Source: Candidatus Daviesbacteria bacterium
Lineage (GTDB): Bacteria; Patescibacteriota; Microgenomatia; Daviesbacterales; UBA10151
Assembly (NCBI GenBank): GCA_016176405.1
Contig: JACOXG010000012.1
Coordinates: 2,217 to 66,216 of the forward strand
Direction: 5' to 3'
DNA length: 64,000 nucleotides
The position numbers and the translations under genes are program-made. The notes beneath the pieces are model-generated. The model searched no databases and was not told where the DNA came from. It saw only the letters and a program-made list of their open reading frames with translations. Shown here piece by piece: positions 41,718-51,381 of the stretch. Position 1 is the first letter of the stretch; each line of letters begins with the position of its first letter.

Positions 41718-42500
41718 ATGAAAAAATATTTTTTAGTCTGGTTAAAATTTGCCATCTTAGGTTTTCAAACTCAACTAGCTTTGCCTTCTGCCCTATTTAT
41801 TTTTCTTTTGGGAAAATTGTTAAGATTTTCAGTTTTCACCTTTTTTATAATTATTTTGGTTGATAAAACAAAGGCTCTAGCAGGCTATAATTTGGATCAA
41901 ACAATTTTTTTCTTTTTAAGTTTTAATTTAATAGATACTGTTTCTCAGCTTTTATTTAGAGAGGTTTATCGTTTTAGACAGGCCGTGGTCTTGGGAAATT
42001 TTGACTTTTACTTAATTAAACCAATCCATCCACTTTTTAGGGCTTTGATGGGAGGACCTGATTTAATTGATTTTATAACATTAATTCCTTTAGTTTTGGC
42101 AACTATTGTTTTCATGAATCGTCTCGAAATAAATAATTTGTTGAGTATCATGATTTATATTTTGCTTTTGATATCTGGCTTTATTATTGCCCTAGCATTT
42201 CATATCTTGGTTTTAGCACTAGCTGTTATCACCACAGAAATTGATCATGCTATTATGATGTATCGAGATGTGGTAGGAATGGGAAGATTTCCAATCGATA
42301 TTTATAGAGAACCCTTAAGGGGGTTTTTAACTTTTATTATTCCGGTTGGGATCATGATGAGTTTTCCTACAAAAGCCATCTTGGGTTTATTGTCTTGGCA
42401 GGCCATTGTTTATGCTTTGATTTTTTCTCTAATAATGCTCTATTTATCATTTAAAGTTTGGGATTATTCATTAAAACAATATTCATCTGCCTCTTCTTAA
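41718..42500 (+). CDS. ABC-2 family permease
   Basis: GNFDFYLIKP, FPIDIY, YSSASS C-terminus. Confidence 0.9.
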   Translation: MKKYFLVWLKFAILGFQTQLALPSALFIFLLGKLLRFSVFTFFIIILVDKTKALAGYNLDQTIFFFLSFNLIDTVSQLLFREVYRFRQAVVLGNFDFYLIKPIHPLFRALMGGPDLIDFITLIPLVLATIVFMNRLEINNLLSIMIYILLLISGFIIALAFHILVLALAVITTEIDHAIMMYRDVVGMGRFPIDIYREPLRGFLTFIIPVGIMMSFPTKAILGLLSWQAIVYALIFSLIMLYLSFKVWDYSLKQYSSASS

Positions 42501-43708
42501 AAAGGATTTTTGGTAAAATTCGTTGCAAAGAAAAGATTGACAAATTGTTTAGGGATATGGATGGCAGTTAAGAATGGAAAAATAAAAATAAAACTTAGGA
42601 TAATTAAGATCACTAATGCTATGGCCAACTTTTTGGTTTGTCGATCTGACAAAGCTTTACTTAGCTGATAACCTAGGGAGAGTGCCAAAAAAGGGATCGA
42701 GGGAGCATAGTGGTATAAAAACATAATTCTGGGGGAGATAGACCAAGGCAGCCAAAAAATTAAAAATCCCAAAACAATAATGGTTAAATTTCCAGCCCTT
42801 TTCTTAGCTGCCTCCCAAAAAGTTAATAACAAACTGGCTGCTCCCATCCAAAAAAGTGCTGGATTTCCTGAAGCGAAAATGTTGGCTATGGTGTTTTCTC
42901 CATAATCAACGAAATACCAAACAGGTTTTAAATTAATAGGCCAAGACCACCAAGCTGAAGTATAATCATGAGTGGCTTTAAGTCCGGTATGATACCACCA
43001 CATTTGTTGTTGCACTTCAATAAATTGCAAGGGAGTATGACCCAATAAGAAAAATGGGATATAAGTTAACAAATAAATTATGGGTGCAACAATTACAAAA
43101 AAAGACAGTTTGATCAGTTGCTTATCTTTAAAGAGTAATACGGCATACATAGCAATTAGATAGATGGCTGCCCATTTACTAGAAATAGATAATCCAAAAA
43201 AAATTGCTGATATAAAAAATTTTTTATTTAAGAAAAATAATAGGCTTAACAGCATAAAAGTTATAAAATAAATATCATTCATGCCTATTCTTGATTGAAC
43301 AAAATTTAAGCCATCTAGAGAAAAAATAAAGCTACTTAGAAGTGAGATAAGTTGATTGTTAAAAAGCTTCATCCCAATAAGATAAATTAGATAAATTGAT
43401 AAAACCCCCAATAGAGCTCCGGGTAATCTCCAAGCCCAACCATCTTCTGAGCGAAATGTAAACATAGAAGAAGCCATGATCTCTTTAGCCAAGGGAGGGT
43501 GAGTCCATTCATAAGCTACTCCAGGTGGAGGAGTGGTCCAATATTCCCAAGCCTCTTTTGATCCATGAAGATATTCTTTGGCAGTGAAAGCATGATAAAC
43601 TTCATCGAAGATAAATTTGTTTGGGTAATCAATACGAAAAAGCCTTAGAAATAAAGCGAGAACCAAGATAGTAATTAATAGATATGTTGGTTTAATTTTT
43701 AGAGACAT
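42497..43708 (-). CDS. Protein O-mannosyltransferase-like GT-C (GT39/PMT)
   Basis: FDEVYH, HPPLAK, KW, WWSWP, GNP, FLYHY.P. Confidence 0.9.
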   Translation of the reverse strand: MSLKIKPTYLLITILVLALFLRLFRIDYPNKFIFDEVYHAFTAKEYLHGSKEAWEYWTTPPPGVAYEWTHPPLAKEIMASSMFTFRSEDGWAWRLPGALLGVLSIYLIYLIGMKLFNNQLISLLSSFIFSLDGLNFVQSRIGMNDIYFITFMLLSLLFFLNKKFFISAIFFGLSISSKWAAIYLIAMYAVLLFKDKQLIKLSFFVIVAPIIYLLTYIPFFLLGHTPLQFIEVQQQMWWYHTGLKATHDYTSAWWSWPINLKPVWYFVDYGENTIANIFASGNPALFWMGAASLLLTFWEAAKKRAGNLTIIVLGFLIFWLPWSISPRIMFLYHYAPSIPFLALSLGYQLSKALSDRQTKKLAIALVILIILSFIFIFPFLTAIHIPKQFVNLFFATNFTKNPF

Positions 43709-44930
43709 CTTTATTCTTAATAATATAAAAAGTGATTATAACAAACAAAATGGTTGAAATAAGAGAGAGAATTTTGGTTTGAGCCTCTAATAGACTATAA
43801 AGAATTGCATTATATAAAATTTTTGCTGAATTTAAATAAAGCTCATTATAGTAAACATAGACGTGATAAAGATTTAAAAGATGAATAAGGTTTAAAACGA
43901 TCAAAGCTACTAAAAATATTTTGGATTTTATTTGTGGCAAACATAAAATGAGAAAAATTAAGGCGGGATATAGATATCTTTCATGAACACGGGTTGGTAA
44001 AAAGAAAAAACTTAAGGTAGCCAAAGCTGCCAGAGAATAAATAGATAATCCTTTATGCGTAAATAATACAATTAGCCAAAAAATTCCCAGTAAAATTAAA
44101 CCAAAGCTTTGGTATGAGAATGAAAACCATTGATCGCTATCGGAAATCCAAAACCCTACTATCCCCCAAAGATTATAAGCAAAAGCTGAAGTATAAGAAT
44201 AATCACTGATCATTTTTAAAATTAATTCCAAAATTCCCCTGATAGGAGTACTAACAAAAAAGGGCAAGGATAATAAAAAGACTATTAGGATAGTTGGTAA
44301 ACTAAGTTTTAGAAGATTAGTCACTGAAAATTTTTTTATTAAAATTAATACCACAACAGGTAAAATAGCGATTGCTTGAGGCTTTATTAAGAATGCTAAT
44401 CCCAAAAATATTGAAGATAAAATTGATCTCTTTTTATTTAAATAATAAATTGTCAATAACATAAATAAAGTTAATAAGCCGTCTATCTGTCCCCAGACAG
44501 CACTATTAAAAATAAAAGCGGGATTTAGTAACACTAAAGCGGCTGAAAATCTGGCTGTAAATATCGAATAATTTTTTCGCACTAAGCAGTAAATAAAGTA
44601 CCCAAGAATTATTTCGGAGAAAATTGCAGGGAGCTTTAGAATTAGATAGAAAATTTGATCAGGAAATTTAAGAAGGTTTTTTAGAAATCCTAAGATTTTT
44701 AAAATATATAAATATCCAGGAGTATAATTTGTCCATATTTGATCAGAGTAAAATTGAGAAAGTCCAACTTCATTTAACCTAATGGCCCAGGCAAACCAAG
44801 TGCCAATATCAAATTTAAAGCCAGGTAAAAAGGATAGATAGATACGGATAAAAAAACCTAGTAAAATTATAATTAAGAAAATGTTATCCAAATTAGTAAT
44901 TCCCTTTTTGATTTTTTCAATTACTTGCAT
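43692..44930 (-). CDS. GT-C fold membrane glycosyltransferase
   Basis: NYTPGY, NSAVWGQID, IKPQ, HERY. Confidence 0.85.
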   Translation of the reverse strand: MQVIEKIKKGITNLDNIFLIIILLGFFIRIYLSFLPGFKFDIGTWFAWAIRLNEVGLSQFYSDQIWTNYTPGYLYILKILGFLKNLLKFPDQIFYLILKLPAIFSEIILGYFIYCLVRKNYSIFTARFSAALVLLNPAFIFNSAVWGQIDGLLTLFMLLTIYYLNKKRSILSSIFLGLAFLIKPQAIAILPVVVLILIKKFSVTNLLKLSLPTILIVFLLSLPFFVSTPIRGILELILKMISDYSYTSAFAYNLWGIVGFWISDSDQWFSFSYQSFGLILLGIFWLIVLFTHKGLSIYSLAALATLSFFFLPTRVHERYLYPALIFLILCLPQIKSKIFLVALIVLNLIHLLNLYHVYVYYNELYLNSAKILYNAILYSLLEAQTKILSLISTILFVIITFYIIKNKDVSKN

Positions 44931-46047
44931 AGTTTATTTTTTGTCTTCACCAGGAGAGACTCACTATAACTATTTTACTAGATTATCAGATAGCATGGTT
45001 AAGGGAAGATTATATCTTACTGAAAACCCTCCTCATCTGAATGAATTAATACCAATTGGGGATAAGTATTTTGTAGTCTATCCGCCAATGCCCGCCATAT
45101 TAATGATCCCATTGGCTGCTATTTTGGATAATAATCAATTTCAAACTAGAGTCTCAATAATATTGGGGGCGCTTAATGGAGTTTTGGTATATTTACTTTT
45201 TTTAAAAATGGGTTTTTCTCAAAAAATTTCGATACTTATTACTATATTGTTTGCCTTTGGTACAAACCACTGGTATTTAGCATCTGTTGGATCAGCTTGG
45301 TTTATAGCTCACATAGTAGCTATTTTTTTTATGCTACTAGCTTTGCTGGAAACATTTGGTAAACAAAGATTATTTCTGATTGGATTTTTAATAGGTTGTG
45401 CATTTTGGGCTAGAAGTACTACCATTTTTACATTGCCATTTTTTTATATCATTTTGGGGAAACAGCTTTGGCCAATCAGTAAAAAAAATGTTTTAAAGTT
45501 TGTCTTATTAAATATGGGGATTGGGATTTGGATTCTAATAGATATTTGGTATAACTTTGTAAGATTTGGTAGCCTAAATCCCTTAATACCTTATCATTTG
45601 ATTCCTAATATAGATAGGGACCTTGTTTTTAAGGATGGATTTATGAGTATTAAATTTATCCCAAGACACATCGAGGCAGCATTTTTAAAGTTACCAATCT
45701 TTTCAGATCGCTTTCCTTATATTTTACCCTCCCTTTATAGCTTGGCTATTTGGTTTACTACGCCAGCCATATTTTATATTTTTAAAGCCAAAAAATCCTT
45801 ATTAGTCTTGGCATCATGGGCAGCCATTTCAACTACTTTTTTTGTCATCATGTTATGGGCAGGTGTTGGATACTCCCAGTATGGTTATAGATTTGTCCAG
45901 GATTTTATACCTTTTATATTAATCTTAATATCAATCGGAATTGGATCTAAACCTAATATAATGGCTTATTTATTAATAATTTTAAGTATTATTGTTAATT
46001 TATGGGGGATAGTGATGATTAATAAATTAAATACTTGGGTGATTTAA
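44881..46047 (+). CDS. GT-C-like multi-TM protein
   Basis: YPPMPAILM, YNFVRFG, QYGYRF..D. Confidence 0.75.
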   Translation: MLSKLVIPFLIFSITCIVYFLSSPGETHYNYFTRLSDSMVKGRLYLTENPPHLNELIPIGDKYFVVYPPMPAILMIPLAAILDNNQFQTRVSIILGALNGVLVYLLFLKMGFSQKISILITILFAFGTNHWYLASVGSAWFIAHIVAIFFMLLALLETFGKQRLFLIGFLIGCAFWARSTTIFTLPFFYIILGKQLWPISKKNVLKFVLLNMGIGIWILIDIWYNFVRFGSLNPLIPYHLIPNIDRDLVFKDGFMSIKFIPRHIEAAFLKLPIFSDRFPYILPSLYSLAIWFTTPAIFYIFKAKKSLLVLASWAAISTTFFVIMLWAGVGYSQYGYRFVQDFIPFILILISIGIGSKPNIMAYLLIILSIIVNLWGIVMINKLNTWVI

Positions 46048-46055
46048 AGCAATCC

Positions 46056-47231
46056 TTAATTTTTAAAGGTAAAAAATTTCCCTATTAATAAATATATATT
46101 CAGAAGAGAGCTTAAAATAATAAATATGATTTGATTTTGAGTGAGTCTCGGAGCCTTTAAACTCACCAAGAGCAACAAATACAGTATTGGCATCACATCG
46201 GATAAAAAACGGGGACCGAATTGGACCCAACCATTACTATAATAAGAGAGCAGAATTAACAGAGTCAGTAAAATTACTAACCAATAAAGTCTGATTATTA
46301 TTTTTTGGCTTTTAAGACTTTTAAATGCATATAAGAAAAAGGGAGCCACAATAAAAAAACTTAGGCCATATGGACTATATGTTAAAAAAGGATAAACTAA
46401 ATGGGTTGAATATCCTATGACCGGTTGTACAGAAATAAGAAAATAGTAATAAAAGTTAGAGGGGATATGTTGAATACTAAATACTCCGATATTTCTTAAT
46501 CCCGCTAAATAATCACCAACATTATTTGTAGCATAGCCGTTATCAAAAGGATTTTGAAAGCGGACCTGATTAAATATTAACAGTAAAAAAATTGACAAAA
46601 GTATGGGGTTTATAAAAAGTGTGATATTCATAAATCTGGAAGTATTATTATTTTTGGAATAGAAATAATAAATTATGGGTATAAAAATTAGACTGGCAGA
46701 AATTCTGGTGGCTATAATTGCCGCGAGTAATAATCCTAAAAATAGTGGTCTTTTTTTGCTTTCAAACTCCAGCAAAAGGGCAGTTAATAAAACCATGGTG
46801 ACAACATGAGCAAAATAGGAATAACAAGGTTCTACGATGATGCGGACTATTTGTGAGGCAAATAAAAAGACATATGTTAAAAAAATTGCACTTGATGGTT
46901 CAAAATTCTTTAGCCGAGCTAATTGATATAACAGTAGGCTAAGTATTATTACTAAAATTGGTTGCATGACAAATTGATCAAAATTAGGACCATAAATAAG
47001 CTGGAAAGGAATTAAAATAAGGGAGGGGAATGGTCCCTGGGGCCAAAAATATTTACCATCTTTATAAACTGTATCCCAATATGCTGAGATATCTAATTTG
47101 CCACCTATAAAGCTTTGAGCTTGTTGGGAAAATTGTTGACAATAATTTGAGGGCATATGAATATAGATTAAAATGGATAAAAAAATTACAGCCATGGGGA
47201 CAAATATTTTAAAAATCTTTAAAGAAATCAT
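46056..47231 (-). CDS. GT-C-like multi-TM protein, paralog of 44881-46047
   Basis: GPFPSLIL, FNQVRF, QFGPRF..D. Confidence 0.75.
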   Translation of the reverse strand: MISLKIFKIFVPMAVIFLSILIYIHMPSNYCQQFSQQAQSFIGGKLDISAYWDTVYKDGKYFWPQGPFPSLILIPFQLIYGPNFDQFVMQPILVIILSLLLYQLARLKNFEPSSAIFLTYVFLFASQIVRIIVEPCYSYFAHVVTMVLLTALLLEFESKKRPLFLGLLLAAIIATRISASLIFIPIIYYFYSKNNNTSRFMNITLFINPILLSIFLLLIFNQVRFQNPFDNGYATNNVGDYLAGLRNIGVFSIQHIPSNFYYYFLISVQPVIGYSTHLVYPFLTYSPYGLSFFIVAPFFLYAFKSLKSQKIIIRLYWLVILLTLLILLSYYSNGWVQFGPRFLSDVMPILYLLLLVSLKAPRLTQNQIIFIILSSLLNIYLLIGKFFTFKN

Positions 47232-47233
47232 GA

Positions 47234-48226
47234 GTGAATACTAAAATATTAACTATTTTAGGTCCTACTGCAACAGGTAAAACTGACCTAGCCTTAATGG
47301 TGGCAAAAAAATTTAATGGAGAGATTATTTCTTGTGATTCCAGACAAGTTTATAAGGGCTTGGATATCGGCACGGGAAAAATGCCAAATGCCAAATTACA
47401 AATTACAAAAGGAGATAGCTTTTGGGAAATAAACAGCATAAAAGTTTGGATGTATGATATGGTGGATCCAAAAAAAATATATTCTGTGGCGGATTATGTT
47501 AAAGATGCAAATAGGGTAATTGGGGAAATTAAGGATAGAGGAAAGTTGCCAATTATAGTTGGAGGTACAGGACTTTATTTAAGAGCCTTACTGGAAGGAT
47601 TAGATAGTCTTTCAATACCAATTGATAAAAAATTAAGAACTGAGCTACAAAAACTTTCATTAGTTGAGCTTCAAGAAAAATTACAGGAGGTAGATGCTAA
47701 AAAATGGAAGAAAATGAATGACTCTGACAGACAGAACCCAAGAAGGTTGGTAAGAGCTATTGAATTGGCTTTGTCAAATCATGTGGGAGATCCTTCGGTC
47801 GCTACGCTCCCTCAGGATGACAAACTGCGTTTAGAGATTATACGCAGTTTGTCAAATGTGCTAAAGGTTGGTCTAACTGCGCCAAGAGATGTCCTTTATA
47901 AAAGAGTTGATGAGCATGTGGTTTTTAGAATTAACCAAGGCATGATTGATGAGGCAAAAAGACTTTATAAAAATAGTTTAAGTTTAAAAAGGATGAGACA
48001 GCTTGGTTTGGAATATGGAGTTTTGGCAGATTATTTAGAGGAAAAAATTAAAAGTAAAGAGGGCCTAATTAAAATCTTGCAGCATAAAATTCATGGCTAT
48101 GTCAGACGTCAACTGACTTGGTTTAAAAAAGAAAAAGAGGTAAATTGGTTTGATATTTCTGATCAAGATTATATTAAGAAAATAGAAAAATTAGTCAGCA
48201 TTTGGTATGATCAATCCATAGAATGA
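47234..48226 (+). CDS. miaA: tRNA dimethylallyltransferase (with 26-aa in-frame repeat insertion)
   Basis: GPTATGKT, DSRQVYKGLDIGTGK, GGTGLY, RQLTWF. Confidence 0.97.
   Translation: MNTKILTILGPTATGKTDLALMVAKKFNGEIISCDSRQVYKGLDIGTGKMPNAKLQITKGDSFWEINSIKVWMYDMVDPKKIYSVADYVKDANRVIGEIKDRGKLPIIVGGTGLYLRALLEGLDSLSIPIDKKLRTELQKLSLVELQEKLQEVDAKKWKKMNDSDRQNPRRLVRAIELALSNHVGDPSVATLPQDDKLRLEIIRSLSNVLKVGLTAPRDVLYKRVDEHVVFRINQGMIDEAKRLYKNSLSLKRMRQLGLEYGVLADYLEEKIKSKEGLIKILQHKIHGYVRRQLTWFKKEKEVNWFDISDQDYIKKIEKLVSIWYDQSIE
47770..47857 (+). repeat. Family A repeat inside miaA, flanked by 10-bp direct repeats
   Basis: TTTGTCAAAT at 47770 and 47848 (78 bp apart); GAGATCCTTCG...CTCAGGATGACA plus 13-bp hairpin. 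Confidence 0.88.
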
Positions 48227-49191
48227 TCAAAAAAATTGATATTTCTCACAGGACTATTATATTTGTAACAATCTTTTTAATTGGTCTTTGGTTACTTTAT
48301 TTAATCAGAGATCTAATCTTAATTCTATTCGTGGGACTGATTTTAATGTCTGCTTTAAATCCTTTAGTCAATTTATTTGCCAGAGTGAAAATTCCTAGAT
48401 CCTTAGGTATCGCCATTACTTACATTATTATAATAGGAATAATCTCCGGCATGTTAGCAATCATTTTGCCACCTTTGGTGGAACAAACTACTAGACTAGT
48501 GGTGGCTATGCCTCCTGTGATTGGACAAGTTTTTAATATTACTGGAATTGATAAGTCCATCTTTCAATCACAACTGGCTGATCTCTCCACCAACCTCTTT
48601 TCTATTACCTTATCAATCTTTGACAATATTTTAACACTGATTTTTCTTTTAGTTCTGACCTTTTATCTACTTTTAGAGCGTGATAATTTGGAAAATCGTG
48701 CAGCTATCTTATTGTTAGGAAGAGAGGCTAGAATGAAACAGCTAATTACCAAGATAGAAGAAAAATTGGGAGCTTGGCTAAGAGGACAGATGCTTTTAAG
48801 TTTAATTATTGGTTTAGTCACCTACATTGGACTGTTAGCTTTAAATATCCCCTATGCCTTATCATTGGCTGTGATTGCGGCGATTTTAGAAGTAATTCCA
48901 GTGATCGGACCAATCATTGCCGCCTTACCTGCCATTGTAGTAGCACTGACTATTTCTCCTATTTTGGGTTTGGGAGTCACTGCCATGTATTTTGTAATAC
49001 AACAGCTGGAAAATCATTTGATAGTGCCACAGGTGATGAAGCGGGCAGTTGGTTTAAATCCACTGGTGGTAATTTTGGCAATTGCCATCGGTTCACGTTT
49101 GTTAGGAATAGCAGGAGCACTACTGGCTGTGCCTATTGCGGTGGTTTTACAAATTGTGGTGACTGAGATAATTGAAGAAAGAAAAATTTAG
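48223..49191 (+). CDS. AI-2E (PerM) family transporter
   Basis: WLRGQ, IPVIGP, QQLENHLIVP, LLAVP. Confidence 0.92.
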   Translation: MIKKIDISHRTIIFVTIFLIGLWLLYLIRDLILILFVGLILMSALNPLVNLFARVKIPRSLGIAITYIIIIGIISGMLAIILPPLVEQTTRLVVAMPPVIGQVFNITGIDKSIFQSQLADLSTNLFSITLSIFDNILTLIFLLVLTFYLLLERDNLENRAAILLLGREARMKQLITKIEEKLGAWLRGQMLLSLIIGLVTYIGLLALNIPYALSLAVIAAILEVIPVIGPIIAALPAIVVALTISPILGLGVTAMYFVIQQLENHLIVPQVMKRAVGLNPLVVILAIAIGSRLLGIAGALLAVPIAVVLQIVVTEIIEERKI

Positions 49192-49206
49192 ATGTATAAT
49201 GAGTGA

Positions 49207-49565
49207 GCCTAGGAAGAAGGATGATCACCCCGCACCAATCTGGTGCGGGGAGGAAAGTCCAGACAGCACAGGGCAGGGTGGTTCGGGTAACCGGACTCGG
49301 GTAACCGCAAGTAAAGAGTAACAGAGACGATCTGGGTGACGCCAGGTGAAACGACCAAGTGACTGGGTATTCGATAAGCAAAGGGCTATCAGTCCTGAGC
49401 GAAGTCGAAGGACAATCCTCCCCGCTGCAATCCTAGAAACAATCGAGCTGCTCGCTCAATGATTGAAGTCAGGAGCAGTCGCCTAAGGCGACTCAGGATG
49501 ACAAAAATCATACTGAAGATAAATGATCATCTAGAAACAGAATCTGGCTTACTTTTTTCCTAGGC
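49207..49565 (+). ncRNA. rnpB: RNase P RNA
   Basis: GAGGAAAGTCC and AACAGAATCTGGCTTA (P4); P1 GCCTAGGAA/TTCCTAGGC; P2 ATGATC/GATCAT; TATAAT at 49195. Confidence 0.93.
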
Positions 49566-49590
49566 AATTTTTTTGCCGACGGAAAAAAGC

Positions 49591-49645
49591 AAAGTTCTGC
49601 GAGCGTGAAGTAAAATATTTAATACTGAAGCGCGAGCAGGTCTTT
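49591..49645 (-). repeat. Palindromic repeat family B copy 3
   Basis: Reverse complement AAAGACCTGCTCGC...AATATT...GCTCGCAGAACTTT. Confidence 0.8.
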
Positions 49646-49700
49646 ACTATCTTCCTAGGCATTCGCATTAGGTTTAGCGCTGCCCCGTATATACTACTCA

Positions 49701-51230
49701 ATGTTAGCCAAGATTTTTTCTGGAGCCAATATTGGCTTAGACAGTATACCTATCACCGTGGAGGTAGATGTTTCAGCCACGGGTTTACCCTCTTTTATCA
49801 TTGTGGGTTTGGCTGATCGGGCAGTTGAGGAAAGTAAGGAGCGGGTTCGCTCTGCCATTAAAAATTGCGGGGCAGAATTTCCAGATCATAAAATTACCAT
49901 AAATTTAGCACCAGCAAATTTGCCCAAAGAAGGACCAATTTTTGATTTACCAATAGCCCTTGGATTACTTTTGGCATCAGGACAAATTCCCCAAAAACAA
50001 TATCTTGATTTGAATGATACTTTAGTGGTGGGAGAACTGGCTCTAGATGGTCAATTAAGAAGAACTAATGGTATCTTACCCCAGGCGTTACTTACCAAAA
50101 AATTAAATTTTAAAAATATGATTGTGCCCAAAGACAATGGAGGAGAAGCCAGTATTGTTGATGATATAAAAATTTTTGCTCCCGCCACTTTACAAGAAGT
50201 AATGGAAGTATTAATTGGTCAAAAAGAGTTGAAGAAAGTTAAAAAAACCACTATCAATTTAGAGGAAGAAATAGATTATGAATATGATTTTGCTCAGATT
50301 AAAGGACAAGAACAAGCCAAAAGAGCTTTAGAGATTGCTGCTGCAGGTGGACATAATGTTTTATTAAAAGGTCCACCTGGTGCAGGTAAAACTTTACTGG
50401 CTAGATCTTTCTCCTCAATTCTACCTCCCTTTAGTTTGCAGGAAGCTTTAGAAGTGACCAAGATTTATTCCATTGCTGGACTGTTACAAAATGGGCAGGC
50501 TTTAATTACCCAACGCCCATTTCGCTCACCTCATCATTCAGCCTCCCACATTGGGCTTTTGGGTGGAGGTAACTCGATTCGGCCCGGAGAGATTTCCTTA
50601 TCACACCGAGGGATCTTGTTTTTGGATGAATTGCCGGAATTCCCCAGGCAAGTTTTGGAAGCTTTGCGTCAACCCTTGGAAGATCATAAAATTACCATTT
50701 CCCGGGCTTCTGGCTCTTTAACTTTTCCGGCTCAATTCACACTTTTGGCTGCCCAAAATCCCTGTCCTTGTGGATTTCTAGGAGATAGAAGAAGGAATTG
50801 TTCTTGCATGCCAGGACAGATTGCCAAATATAAAAGAAGAATCTCTGGACCACTTTTGGATAGAATTGATATTTATTTGGAAGTTCCGGCAGTAGAGGTG
50901 GATAAATTGGCGCAAACCACAGCTGCCGAAAATTCAAAAAATATCAGAGATAGAGTTATTAAGGCTAGAAAGATTCAAATAGGTAGATTTAAGGGAAAAA
51001 TTTTATCCAATTCCGAAATGACTAATCAGGATATCAAGCAGTTTTGTGCCGTGACTGCCGATGGTTTAGAACTTTTAAAAATGGCCATCTCTTCTTTGAA
51101 TTTATCTGCCAGAGGTTATCACAGAGTTTTAAAGGTATCTAGAACTATTGCTGATTTGGCTCACTCTGAAAATATTTTAACAGAACATATTGCTGAGGCT
51201 TTGCAGTATAGATCTAGAGAGGAACTCTAG
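49701..51230 (+). CDS. comM: YifB/ComM Mg-chelatase-like ATPase
   Basis: INLAPA, GPPGAGKT, PFRSPHHS, LFLDELPEF, NPCPCG. Confidence 0.95.
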   Translation: MLAKIFSGANIGLDSIPITVEVDVSATGLPSFIIVGLADRAVEESKERVRSAIKNCGAEFPDHKITINLAPANLPKEGPIFDLPIALGLLLASGQIPQKQYLDLNDTLVVGELALDGQLRRTNGILPQALLTKKLNFKNMIVPKDNGGEASIVDDIKIFAPATLQEVMEVLIGQKELKKVKKTTINLEEEIDYEYDFAQIKGQEQAKRALEIAAAGGHNVLLKGPPGAGKTLLARSFSSILPPFSLQEALEVTKIYSIAGLLQNGQALITQRPFRSPHHSASHIGLLGGGNSIRPGEISLSHRGILFLDELPEFPRQVLEALRQPLEDHKITISRASGSLTFPAQFTLLAAQNPCPCGFLGDRRRNCSCMPGQIAKYKRRISGPLLDRIDIYLEVPAVEVDKLAQTTAAENSKNIRDRVIKARKIQIGRFKGKILSNSEMTNQDIKQFCAVTADGLELLKMAISSLNLSARGYHRVLKVSRTIADLAHSENILTEHIAEALQYRSREEL

Positions 51231-51309
51231 CTCTCTTTTTTGAAAAAAAGAACGTTAAAGAGAGGAACTCTAATTCCAGGGTGAACTCAAATATTATATT
51301 CCACGAAAA

Positions 51310-51331
51310 TCCCGCACCGCATGGTGCGGGA
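51310..51331. repeat. Family C hairpin CCCGCACC-N-GGTGCGGG
   Basis: Also present at 27610-27632 and 49228-49250. Confidence 0.8.
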
Positions 51332-51381
51332 CTATCGAGAATGGTGAAACGATCACCATAAAATTTTCTATTAAGCAGATT

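Noticed and set aside
49133-49381. 82-aa minus-strand ORF
   Set aside because: Antisense shadow of rnpB
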